A DNA stretch of 45,390 nucleotides from Verrucomicrobiales bacterium (GTDB taxonomy: Bacteria > Verrucomicrobiota > Verrucomicrobiia > Verrucomicrobiales > SLCJ01): positions 1 through 45,390 of the forward strand of contig JBJTQJ010000046.1 of assembly GCA_046075565.1 (NCBI GenBank), read 5' to 3'. A model generated the notes under the pieces. The model saw only the letters and a list, made by a program, of their open reading frames with translations. It was not told the origin of the DNA and searched no databases. A program made the translations under genes and the position numbers. The stretch's first letter is position 1. Every line of letters begins with the position of its first letter. Of the stretch, positions 26,194-35,900 are shown one piece after another.

Positions 26194-28017
26194 TTATTTT
26201 GCCTCCTTGTAGAACTCGGCCATCTTGGTGATGAACTCGTCGATGAACATCTGCAACTCACTCATCACCTGCTTGATGCGCGAGGACAGGTAGCTATAAA
26301 TGAAGAGCGCGGGGATGGCGACGACCAGCCCGGCCACCGTGGCGAGCAGGGCGCTGGCGATACCGGGGGCAATGGAATTCACCTCAACCTCCCCGCTCTT
26401 GGCGATGATGGCGAAGGTGATCATCACGCCCATGACCGTGCCGAGAAGTCCGACGTATGGCCCGCCCGCGATGCTGATGGTCAGGAAAACAAGCCCGCCA
26501 TTGAGTTTATGCTGTTCCTTGAGCGCCCCTGAATCCAGGCTGGCCTTGATAGCCTGGATGGAACGCCCCGAAAGCCCGTCGAATCCGCGTTTAGTCTTCT
26601 GGGTCCGGTGGCTGATCTCCTCGGAACCAATGTGGTAAAGGTGGTAAAGGGGCGACTGGTTGATCAACTTCCTCCGTTCGACTTCGATCGCGGGCACTCC
26701 GTCGGTTTCCTGATCGAGGGCGGTGAGGTCGGCGGCCAATTTGCGCCATTCTCTCAGGAAAGCCTTGTTGGCTTTATCGACGCGATTGAGATAGAAGAGC
26801 TTTTTCAAGGCGACCGTCCAGCCCACGATGATCATGAGGACACACAAGGCGACGGCGATCCATCCGTCGAACATCATGTTTTCGGCGATGTCTCCGAAGA
26901 GCATGATATGCTCGAGTGTCTCACTTTTTTTCTCCGGTCCGGTGGAGCTTTCCTCCCCGCCGAGCACGACGAGTTTCTGGGCGGCTTCCGTTCCGGACTG
27001 ATTGGCGATCTGGAAGAGCAAATCGGCGGCGGCCAAGGTCCGCCCGACGATGCGGAATTCATCAACCTCGCCCGCAAAAGCCGGGTATTGGGAGGATTTG
27101 CCACCCAGCCAGGAAGCTCCGGCGAGCGCGGGCAGCGTCTTGGCCACCTCGGCCACCTGATTGCCATCAACGAACAGACGCAAGTTCCCTTGGCCCGTTG
27201 TGGCCGCAAGATGACGCCACGCGCCATCGGCGATCGCTTCCGGGGCATCGGCGCGTGCCGTGCCGGCGGCATCGCCGATCTCGACGTAGGGTTTGCCCCC
27301 ATCGAGACCGATGGTGAAAAAGGCCCCTCCCTCCTCGCGATGGAAAATGACGGCATTGCCCGGTTTAACAACCGGTTTGATCCAGAGCGAAACCGTGAGT
27401 TCCTGGCCGGCGTTCCATCGAAGCGGTTCGGCGGCGGCGATTTCAAGTCCGTTGTTGCCGAAAAACCTCAGGCCACCACCTATGAGCGCTCCTTCGACGG
27501 GCGTGGGCGTGCCGACAATTGTCACTCCTTTGCCGGTAGCGTCGGCGGGCGTTCCTCCCTTGTCGCTGAACGGCAGCACGAGCATGGCCTCCGGTGGATA
27601 AAGACCCTCGGCCTTCGCGGATGGTGCCTCGGGATTGCCATGATAGAGCCAGATTCGGGTGGAGGAAGATGGTTTCAGATCTCCCGCGTTCACCCAGACA
27701 ATGGCTTCGTTCATCAAGGCATCGATTTTCTCGACGCGATGGGGCAACACGGTCTTGTTATCGGCCGCCAGAAAACGCAGGTCCCCACCGTCCTCCCGGA
27801 CACTGGCGAAATTGAAATTTCCCTCGTGCAAGCGCACGGCGACGAGCGCTCCCGCCACCGGTTCTTTGGCGGGAGAATCACCACCAATGACGATATCGAT
27901 CGGCTTGCGGGCGCTCCAGGCCTGGTCCCACCAGGGCGTTGTGGACGCGGCATCATCCGCGCGGAGAAGAGATGCGAATGAAATGAGGGTGAGGAAGATG
28001 GCACGGGTCGTGGACAT
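26194..28017 (-). CDS. exbB: ExbB/MotA/TolQ proton channel fused to N-terminal DUF2341 and LamG (concanavalin-like) domains
   Basis: WWDQAWSARKPI...DGGDLRFLAAD...IWLYHGNP (DUF2341-like); TVSLWIKP...WRHLA...LFVDG...FAGEVDEFRI (LamG); GPYVGLLGTVMGVMITF...IAPGIASALLATVAGLVVAIPALFIY (ExbB). Confidence 0.9.
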   Translation of the reverse strand: MSTTRAIFLTLISFASLLRADDAASTTPWWDQAWSARKPIDIVIGGDSPAKEPVAGALVAVRLHEGNFNFASVREDGGDLRFLAADNKTVLPHRVEKIDALMNEAIVWVNAGDLKPSSSTRIWLYHGNPEAPSAKAEGLYPPEAMLVLPFSDKGGTPADATGKGVTIVGTPTPVEGALIGGGLRFFGNNGLEIAAAEPLRWNAGQELTVSLWIKPVVKPGNAVIFHREEGGAFFTIGLDGGKPYVEIGDAAGTARADAPEAIADGAWRHLAATTGQGNLRLFVDGNQVAEVAKTLPALAGASWLGGKSSQYPAFAGEVDEFRIVGRTLAAADLLFQIANQSGTEAAQKLVVLGGEESSTGPEKKSETLEHIMLFGDIAENMMFDGWIAVALCVLMIIVGWTVALKKLFYLNRVDKANKAFLREWRKLAADLTALDQETDGVPAIEVERRKLINQSPLYHLYHIGSEEISHRTQKTKRGFDGLSGRSIQAIKASLDSGALKEQHKLNGGLVFLTISIAGGPYVGLLGTVMGVMITFAIIAKSGEVEVNSIAPGIASALLATVAGLVVAIPALFIYSYLSSRIKQVMSELQMFIDEFITKMAEFYKEAK

Positions 28018-28034
28018 GGGAAAGTATCGTAAAG

Positions 28035-29708
28035 TCAGAAATCGGCCCAGAGACGGAAGCTGAGGAACGGGTCGCCGGCGGTAGTGTAAGTCTGGTCCTC
28101 GAGCGGCCAGGCCACATCGACGGCTCCATTCCAGTGTTTCCAAGCGAGAAGACGGGTCCCAACACCGACGCTGGAGAGGTCGAAGGCTTTCTTCTGCGTG
28201 GGCAGGGGTCTGTTAAGAAGGACCCGCCCGCCATCGACGAAGGCATGGAATCTCCACTCGTGTCTGGGATTGTTGTTGCGCTCTTCCGGCGGAACCCATT
28301 TCTGGAGCAGTGAAGGGGTTCGGATCTCCATCGTTCCGAAATACCCTTTGTCGCCCAGAGTTTCGCTTTCTAGGTAACCGCGCACCGTGCCCTGCCCGCC
28401 GCCAGCGAATTGTTCGCTGTTGATGAGGGCGTCCGCGGTGGCCTGGCCCTGGAGTTTCATGAAGGCCTGAAATCCTCCCGGCAAATCATGGGTGTGGGAA
28501 AGATCGCCGCGCAGGAAGATGTATTTGCCGTCCGCCTCGAAACGTTTTGCATCGAACTCGAAAGTGTCGCTGCCCAGACCGCGGGTGTGGAGATTGACCG
28601 AGGCATTGAGAGTGGTGAAGGTCTTCTTCCCGTCCCAAGATGCGCTGTAGGAAAGATTGAATGGATAGTATTCGATGGGAGTGGAGAAAGACTCTGCACC
28701 GACCACCACATCCTCGTCGAATTGTTTCCAGTCGAAACCCGTGGAAAGGCTGTGGAAAAATCCATCGCCGCCCGGAAGGGTCCGGTTGATGCGCAGCCCG
28801 AGAATCTGACCGCGTCCCGCCACGGCCGCGCCACCAAGCGTCGAAACATCGCTGTCCTGTTTGGTACCATTCAACATGACACTCCATTCCGGGGCGGAAG
28901 CGAAGCGAGCGATATAATAAGCAGAATAGACAAGGGCGTCTTCGGGCCGTTCCGGCGCGATTTGCAATGCTCCTCCGACGGAGTGTCCGACTTGCCAGAG
29001 ATTGTCGTAAGAAAGCGAGGTATTGAGACGCAGTTCGGTGGTGTCAGGACTGTAGCGGTTGTTCAACTCAACACTGCCATGCAGAGGGAACTTGTCTTCC
29101 ACATTCAGGTCCACATCCACCGTGCCGGGCTCAACCCCGGGGCGCAGGACGGGGGTGACTCGTCGGTCCGGCCACGCATTGACAGCCACGATTTCCTTCT
29201 GCACTTGATCAAAATCCGGCACCTCGCCCTCGGCCAGAGAGGGCACAGACTTGACGACGCGCGATGGCAGGAAATATTTCGCTCCACGCACGCGAAGACG
29301 ACCGACTTTGTTCTCTACCGCATCCAGGTAGATGATGCCCCGGGTTCCATTCTGCTGGGGGATTTCGACCGCCACCGTCTGATAACCTTCGTCTCGGTAG
29401 GCTTTCTCCAAGGCGGCGCGGGCCTGCTCGAGATCTTCGAGCGTGCGCCCCGGCCCGACATAGGGATACACCGCTTTCTCAACGCTAGCGGGAGGAAGCT
29501 TTTTCGCCCCGCGCACCCGGAATTGACGCACAAGGAATCGCAATTCAGGTTCGGTCTTTGCCGTATCATCCAGTTCCGGCAACGGTTCCACGAACGGCGG
29601 GAGAGCTTCGCTGCTCTCGCTCGTCCGCTCCTCGCCACGCACGATGGCGCACACCAGTAACAGGCTGGCGAGGGTCTGGCGGAACTTGGTCTGAAACGGA
29701 ATCGACAC
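28035..29708 (-). CDS. ShlB/FhaC/HecB family (TpsB, Omp85) outer-membrane secretion/activation protein
   Basis: POTRA domains (LEQARAALEKAYRDEGY...IPQQ), beta-barrel with the loop-6 motif TVRGY, C-terminal Phe (LWADF). Confidence 0.92.
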   Translation of the reverse strand: MSIPFQTKFRQTLASLLLVCAIVRGEERTSESSEALPPFVEPLPELDDTAKTEPELRFLVRQFRVRGAKKLPPASVEKAVYPYVGPGRTLEDLEQARAALEKAYRDEGYQTVAVEIPQQNGTRGIIYLDAVENKVGRLRVRGAKYFLPSRVVKSVPSLAEGEVPDFDQVQKEIVAVNAWPDRRVTPVLRPGVEPGTVDVDLNVEDKFPLHGSVELNNRYSPDTTELRLNTSLSYDNLWQVGHSVGGALQIAPERPEDALVYSAYYIARFASAPEWSVMLNGTKQDSDVSTLGGAAVAGRGQILGLRINRTLPGGDGFFHSLSTGFDWKQFDEDVVVGAESFSTPIEYYPFNLSYSASWDGKKTFTTLNASVNLHTRGLGSDTFEFDAKRFEADGKYIFLRGDLSHTHDLPGGFQAFMKLQGQATADALINSEQFAGGGQGTVRGYLESETLGDKGYFGTMEIRTPSLLQKWVPPEERNNNPRHEWRFHAFVDGGRVLLNRPLPTQKKAFDLSSVGVGTRLLAWKHWNGAVDVAWPLEDQTYTTAGDPFLSFRLWADF

Positions 29709-29765
29709 GAGGAGATGGCCTTAGCCAACCTTTCAGCCACCCGACCATCACGGCAACCTGACTTG

Positions 29766-29785
29766 GGTGACAATACTGTCACCAA
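29766..29785 (-). promoter_or_regulatory. Candidate operator upstream of the secretion operon
   Basis: GGTGACA-atac-TGTCACC palindrome (29766-29783) about 60 bp before the tpsB start. On the minus strand it reads TTGGTGACAGTATTGTCAC, 15/19 identical to 6398-6416. Confidence 0.5.
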
Positions 29786-29794
29786 CCCGCCCCC

Positions 29795-30184
29795 TCACTT
29801 TATGATGACCAACTCCCGGTAGCCGGTTTTCTCATCGAGTTTGCGGCCGAATTTCACATTGGGGATCTCGCAAATCACGATTTCCGCGGTGGTGTGCACG
29901 AGGCAGCCTTCAAGAATGTGACCACCGATGCAGCGACCATCGCCGTCCGCCAGGGAGATGTGCAAATGGGGTCCGTCGGGCGAAAGGGTGCCGGACAAGG
30001 CAAGGATTTCCATTTTCTGGTGGAAGCGGCTGCCGGAGTCGCGGTTGGCGAGGCGCAAGTGCGCCTGGCTGACACTGCCGACACATGTGACGATGGCGGC
30101 GGCCTGGATGTTGTTGGCGACGGTCCATTCCTTGAGTGTGATGCTCAAATCCTGGCCGGGAACGAGTCGAAGGGCGTGGAACAT
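29795..30184 (-). CDS. PPC/DUF296 domain protein
   Basis: ALRLVPGQDL...TCVGSV...EILALSGTLSPDGPHLHISLADGDGRCIGGHILEGCLVHTTAEIV...DEKTGYREL. Confidence 0.9.
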   Translation of the reverse strand: MFHALRLVPGQDLSITLKEWTVANNIQAAAIVTCVGSVSQAHLRLANRDSGSRFHQKMEILALSGTLSPDGPHLHISLADGDGRCIGGHILEGCLVHTTAEIVICEIPNVKFGRKLDEKTGYRELVIIK

Positions 30185-30214
30185 GGGGAAAGAGGCAATA
30201 CAGGCTCGACACAC

Positions 30215-31798
30215 TCAGGGTTGAAGGAACTTGACGAGGTCCACGCGCATCTTCGCGGAGGCCTCGCGGTTCGTGTAGAACATGTGGCCGCCCTCGTAAT
30301 GTTCCGTCGAGATGTTCTTACGGAGTGTTTCAGGCAGATCGAGTCGTCCGACGGAATATCCGATGGCGTCGGGCGGGGTTGCGAGATCGTAGTGGCCGCA
30401 TTGCACGAGCACACGCAGGTGCGGGTTCGAACGCATGGCTGAGACGAGCCGCTCATCAACCCTCATGTAGGAATTCTCGGTTCCATACTTCCATGGTTGC
30501 ACGTTGCGGCTGAGCACCTCGTATCCACGCGGCGTGCTCGCCTTGAGGTCACGGCGGAGGTAATCATTGATGGTCGTCGAGAATACACCGATGGCCAAAT
30601 CGAAGGATGGATCGGAGGAGGCCACCGGCGAAAGCGGATTCGCGGCATTTGCCTTCACCCGCGCATCGAAGCGGCCGATTTCGTCGTTGTTGTCGGTGAG
30701 CAGCAGTTTCCTGAAGACAGACGGATCGAGGCGGAGGTCCGCTTTTATCCAGGTCGCGGCGGGGATGGATGTCAGTTTTTCCAAGCGGGCGGCGATGTTC
30801 TTGCGTTTGGCCTCCGGAAGTCCGGAACCGGCCAGCAGCGCGACCGCATACTCGCCGAAAGCGAAGTCGCGGGCTTCCGTCATCAACTTCTCAACAGCCG
30901 GCGAACTAGGAAGTTTGCCATGAAATTTGGCGGTGGCCGCCATGGCGGGAAGGAAACACACGTAAGGCAGATCATTCCCCTCTCCGCCGATGAGGGTTTT
31001 GAAGTCGAGCAGTCCGCTCAAGAGCACGACGCCGTTGAGATACATGCCGGTTCTTTCCTGCAACGAATCGGCGAGGGCCGCGACACGCAAGGCGCCATAA
31101 CTTTCCCCGAGCAGGTATTTGGGCGACGCCCAGCGATCATGGTCGCTGACAAAGCGCCGGATGAAATCGGTCAGGTATCCGACATCTTCCTGATAGCCGA
31201 AAAATTGTTTCGGATCCTTGTCTTTGGCGGCGCGGCTGAATCCGGTGTTGACCGGATCGACAAAGACCAGATCGGCGGCATCGAGCAGACAGTCGGGGTT
31301 TTCTTCCAGGGCGAAGGGCGGTTTGGGCCAGACGGTCCCGTCGCCGGGCAGGACGACGCGCTGGGGACCGAGTCCGCCGATGTGCAGCCAAACCGCTGAG
31401 GAACCCGGACCGCCGTTGAAGCAGAAAAGCAGGGGCCGCTTCTCCGGAGAGTCCACGCCGGTGCGCCGGTAGTGCACATAGAAGACAGCGGCCGTCGGCT
31501 CGTCCTTGTCGTTGAGCAGCTCGATGGTGTTGGTCTCGGCTTCGAAGGTGATTTCCTTGCCGCCCAGGGTGATTTTCCCCTTGGTGATTGATTTGAGGTC
31601 CGCCTCACCGGGCTTGGATTTCTTCTCTTCCTTGTCTTTTATCTCGGGCGCGGATTCGCCATCGGGCTTTTCTTCGGTCTTCTCGGCGGGGTTTTCTTCG
31701 GGCGCGGGTTTTTCCTCCTTGGCTTGGGCGGGAAGGAAATCCGGGCAGGCGAGCCCAAGGGCGCCGGCCGCGAGAAGTGGGAGATGGCGGAAAAGCAT
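30215..31798 (-). CDS. Serine carboxypeptidase, peptidase family S10, exported
   Basis: FCFNGGPGSS, DLVFVDPVNTGFS, LGESYG nucleophile, GHYDLATP and YEGGHMFY motifs; signal peptide. Confidence 0.92.
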   Translation of the reverse strand: MLFRHLPLLAAGALGLACPDFLPAQAKEEKPAPEENPAEKTEEKPDGESAPEIKDKEEKKSKPGEADLKSITKGKITLGGKEITFEAETNTIELLNDKDEPTAAVFYVHYRRTGVDSPEKRPLLFCFNGGPGSSAVWLHIGGLGPQRVVLPGDGTVWPKPPFALEENPDCLLDAADLVFVDPVNTGFSRAAKDKDPKQFFGYQEDVGYLTDFIRRFVSDHDRWASPKYLLGESYGALRVAALADSLQERTGMYLNGVVLLSGLLDFKTLIGGEGNDLPYVCFLPAMAATAKFHGKLPSSPAVEKLMTEARDFAFGEYAVALLAGSGLPEAKRKNIAARLEKLTSIPAATWIKADLRLDPSVFRKLLLTDNNDEIGRFDARVKANAANPLSPVASSDPSFDLAIGVFSTTINDYLRRDLKASTPRGYEVLSRNVQPWKYGTENSYMRVDERLVSAMRSNPHLRVLVQCGHYDLATPPDAIGYSVGRLDLPETLRKNISTEHYEGGHMFYTNREASAKMRVDLVKFLQP

Positions 31799-31879
31799 GG
31801 CAAATGGAGCATCAGGGGGCGGGGGTCGTCAATAGGGAAAGGGGTTGCGGCGGGGAATGGGCGCGGGTAAAATGGCCCC

Positions 31880-32311
31880 ATGTCAACCACCGTCGAATCC
31901 CCCGCCCTGAACTCGAAAATCCGCGACCTTTGCGAGGCCATTCTTGCCGACCCCGGTTACCAGAGCCTCATGGGCCGCGTGGACGCCTTCCTCGACAACG
32001 AGGCCGCGAAGGAACAATACCGCTCGGTCACCGAACTCAGCCACGAACTCCAGCAAAAGCAACGCGCCGGAATCGAACTCGAGGACGCCGAAGTGATGCT
32101 GTTTGAAAAACAACGCGATGCCCTTTTCGATAATTCGACCATCCGCGAGTTCATCAGCGCCCAGCGCGAACTTGGCGACATGCAGAGCAGTCTGACCGCC
32201 TGGATTGGGAAAACCATCGAACTCGGTCGTTTGCCCGAGCCCGAGGAACTCGCTGACAGTGGTGGATGCTGCGGCGGCGGTGGATGCAGCAGTGGCGGTT
32301 GTGGTTGCTGA
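31880..32311 (+). CDS. YlbF/YmcA (Com_YlbF)-like protein with Cys/Gly-rich tail
   Basis: Helical body (ELQQKQRAG...NSTIREFISAQRELGDM) ending GGCCGGGGCSSGGCGC. Confidence 0.7.
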   Translation: MSTTVESPALNSKIRDLCEAILADPGYQSLMGRVDAFLDNEAAKEQYRSVTELSHELQQKQRAGIELEDAEVMLFEKQRDALFDNSTIREFISAQRELGDMQSSLTAWIGKTIELGRLPEPEELADSGGCCGGGGCSSGGCGC

Positions 32312-32354
32312 TTTGGGCTCTCCGCCCCGACTTTGAATCCACAAGGATCACGAC

Positions 32355-32843
32355 ATGGCAGGAATGTTCGAGAAACCGCGCCCATGGTGGCATGGCACTC
32401 ACATGCTGCGCGCGGGTCTCGGATTGATTTTCCTCTTCGCGGGAATCTTCAAACTGGTGGACCTCGATGCCTTCCAGAAGGATGTCTTGTCCTACCAGAT
32501 CCTGCTCAAACAGCCGGCCGGCTGGATTGCCCTCCTGCTTCCGGTTCTGGAGGTGATTGTGGGTTTCTTCCTCATCGTCGGCTGGGCGAGAGCGGGCTCA
32601 TTGGCCGCGGTGATTCTCATGAGCATCGGTTTCGCCTTCGTGCATATCTACACCATCCAGCGCAACCTTGATGTGAAGTGCGGATGCTTCGGTCGCTTCT
32701 CTCCGGGCACCAGCCTCATGCTTGTGATCAATACCCTCATGTTGGGGACCGCTTTCTGGCTGCTCATCGATGATCTCCGCCGCAACGTGATCGAGAAACC
32801 GAAATACCGTCTCTCGAACGACTTGATGCGCCGACGTCGGTGA
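32355..32843 (+). CDS. MauE/DoxX family membrane protein
   Basis: RAGLGLIFLFAGIFKL...LPVLEVIVG...LDVKCGCFG motifs; about four TM helices. Confidence 0.85.
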   Translation: MAGMFEKPRPWWHGTHMLRAGLGLIFLFAGIFKLVDLDAFQKDVLSYQILLKQPAGWIALLLPVLEVIVGFFLIVGWARAGSLAAVILMSIGFAFVHIYTIQRNLDVKCGCFGRFSPGTSLMLVINTLMLGTAFWLLIDDLRRNVIEKPKYRLSNDLMRRRR

Positions 32844-32860
32844 AGGAGCGGGTGAAAACC

Positions 32861-32940
32861 GCAGGGACACGATCCCGAAGGGTCGGGTCCGTGATCTGTG
32901 CAGGAGCGGACTTGTCGAACGGGCTTCGACGACCACTCCC
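32861..32940 (+). repeat. Two GCAG-preceded imperfect hairpins (REP-like) between convergent genes
   Basis: GCAG-GGACACGATCC-cgaa-GGGTCGGGTCC-G (32861-32891) and GCAG-GAGCGG..GTCGAA..TTCGAC..CCACTCC (32900-32939). Confidence 0.4.
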
Positions 32941-32952
32941 GGGCATCCGCCA

Positions 32953-35900
32953 TCAGAACTCCGCTTCCGCGTCGAAAAGGAACTTCAGGTCGTCCACGGT
33001 CAGGGTTTGGGCGAAGCCTTCCTGGCCGAGCACGCCGGTGACGAGTCCTTGTTTCTGGTGCTGGAGCACGCGGATCTTTTGTTCGACGCTATCGCGCATG
33101 AGCAGGCGGTAAGCCATGACATTCTGGGTCTGGCCGATCCGGTGGGTCCGGTCGATGGCCTGGTTTTCTACGGCGGGATTCCACCACGGATCATAGAGAA
33201 TAACGTAAGAAGCGGCGGTCAGATTCAAGCCACTGCCCCCGGCTTTGAGCGAGAGCAGGAAGACATTCGGGTCGGTGGTGCGCTGGAAATGATCGACTAC
33301 CCCGCGGCGATCCTTTGTTTGCCCGGTGAGATAAGAGGACGGGCGTTTCTCTTCGATCAGGCGGGCGCGGATGATGTCGAGCATGGTGACAAACTGCGAG
33401 AAGACGAGGACCTTGTGCCCTTCCTCGCGCAGTTGGTCGAGCAGATAGAAGAGGGCATTCATCTTCGCGCTTTCTTCCGACGCATGGGCCGGATCGATGA
33501 GCGCGGGATGGCAGCAGATTTGCCGGAGGCGCATGAGGCCCTGCAGGATAACAAAACTATTCTTCTGCAAATCAGCCGGGCGCTCGATGCCGAGCAGCAC
33601 GTTCTGGATGCGTTTGAGTTCCGCGTCGTAGAGTTCCTTCTGTTTTCCTTCCATGCGGCAGAAAACATCTTCCTCGGTGCGCGGCGGCAGATCGCGGGCG
33701 ACCTGGCGTTTGGTGCGGCGGATCAGGAAGGGACGCAAACGCGAGGCGAGGCGCACTTGCGCTTCGGGGTCCTTGCGGCGGTCGAAATTCTTGCTGAAAT
33801 AGGCGCGCGGCCCGAGCACGCCCGGCATGGCAAAGGCCATAAGTGACCAGAGGTCGAGCAGGCGGTTTTCGATGGGCGTGCCGGTAAGCACGAGCCGGTG
33901 GTCCGCTTTGACGGCGCGGGAAACCCGGGCCGCCTTGCTGTCGGGGTTCTTGATCTGCTGACCTTCGTCGAGAATCATGGCGAGCCAACGGACTTGCTGG
34001 AGTGATTCACCATGGATGCGCATCTGCGCGTAGTTCATCACGACCAGATCAACGGAAGCGAATCCATTGAGCGAGGTGACCATTTCGGATGACGTCTCGG
34101 CGGTTTCAGCGGTTTCTCCGTTTTCGCAGGCATCATCGTTGCCTGCGCGCAGCACTTTCACTTTCAACACGGGTGCGAACTTCTTCACTTCAGCAACCCA
34201 CACATCGATCACCGATTTCGGACACACGACCAGCACCGGCAGATCCTTGTTGCCGGGCAGGGAGCGCAGCCAGAGCAGCCAGCAGATGCTCTGGACGGTT
34301 TTGCCGAGACCCATGTCGTCGGCAAGAATCCCACCGAAGCGGTTGGTGGCGAGGTAGGCGAGGAAATGGAAGCCTTCGATTTGATAAGGCCGGAGCGTGG
34401 CCTGCAAATCCGCTGGGGGTTCCGGCGTGACGGCAGCCTGCAAAGCGGTCGCACGTTCGCAGATTTTCTGCCAAGCCAAGGGGTCGAAGACTTCCGCCAT
34501 GGCGGGGTCGGCAAGTTGGGCCGCGTGCAGTCGATGCTCGGATCCTGTTAGATCGAACGGATCAAGCCCGAGGCGGTGCACCGCTTCCTTCTGCTCGTCG
34601 TCCATGTCGATCTCGAGCCGCATCCATTTGCCGCCGGTGAGGCGAACGAATCCGCCACGCGCGGCCACCAAAGCGCGGATTTGTTCCTGGCTCAGGTCAA
34701 TCCCTTCGACGTTGAAGACGATGCGCAGGTCAAACCAGTCGATGCCGTTTTCCTGAACCTCGAAACGGATGGTCGCCTTGACCGGATCAGCGAGCAGGCT
34801 CTCGACCACCTCATCGCCCTCGATGGAGATGGCGGTCGGCAAAGAACGCGCCCAGGCATGAAAACGATCCGGAAAGGCCTTGGTCATACGGGCGCGGAAG
34901 GCACCCAATGCAGGATCGAAGGCGAACCCGGTTTCTTCCAGCCGCCGTTGCATCGAATCCACCAGCATCCGGTCGTAGCGCACGATACAACCATCGGGGC
35001 TTGTCCCCGTCTCCTGCACCTGCCAGCCGTCGCGTCCGAGTTTCTCGACTCTTCCGGTGCGATTGGCGGTCGCGCTGATCTCGGCCACGATGTGTTCACT
35101 GTCGGCGGTCGTGATGTTGCGCGTGGAACGGCAAATCATACGGATGGAAAAATCCTCATCGACAACCCGTGAAGCGAGCGATGGAGGAAGCCCTGCCCCG
35201 ATGGTGGCGAGGAATCCGACACCTTCGGGGGTTTCGAGGGCGGCGTGGGGGATATCGTGGTGCGGTTCGACCTCCGTCGTATCGGCCCAGTGTGGCGGAC
35301 CGGAGAAAAGCGTGTCGTCGGCAATATAGATGACCTCCGCGCCGGGAAGCACACGCACCGAGTGCGGAAGCTCCTCACCGTCCGGTCCTAACAAACTCAA
35401 GCCATACGCACCGGGAATACCCGCGTCGTCGTGGCATTTCCAACCCACCGAGCCCTCGCCCCGATGGAATGGTGTTTCATCCAGCGTGACCATGAGCGGA
35501 GATAAACCGTCATGGTGGAAGAGACGGTTGAGCAAGCGGCAGGCGGCCGGTTGATCGAGATCGAAGACTTCGGCATCCTGCCCGCGCAGGTATTCGGCGA
35601 ATTGCGCGAGGAGCAAGGCCCCGGCCGCGCCCGGACGCCATTGGCCGCTATGCACTTTTTTCTCCAAATCCCCCACCCCGTGGCGACCATTGGCGGTGTG
35701 GTAATCACCGGTTCCACCGAGCCTCCATTGCAGGCGCGCGTCGGACGGTCCGACAAGCAACCGCAGGTCGAGGGTTTCAACAGCCGCCGATGCGGTGGTC
35801 ACCGTCGTGGCAGCAATGCGCGATTTCCAAGCCCGCAGGTTTTCGCGTTCTTCCATCTCGCGGAGACGGTTTCCAATGGAAGCGGTGTCGGTGACCACCT

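Noticed and set aside
25050-28017. Ordinary Tol-Pal or iron-uptake TonB-ExbBD locus
   Set aside because: No tolB/pal and no plugged TonB-dependent receptor in the window, and ExbB has an unusual DUF2341/LamG extension.
29766-29783. CRP/FNR site or intrinsic terminator
   Set aside because: GTGA/TCAC spacing is 8 bp rather than 6, and there is no U-tract on either side; kept only as a generic operator candidate.
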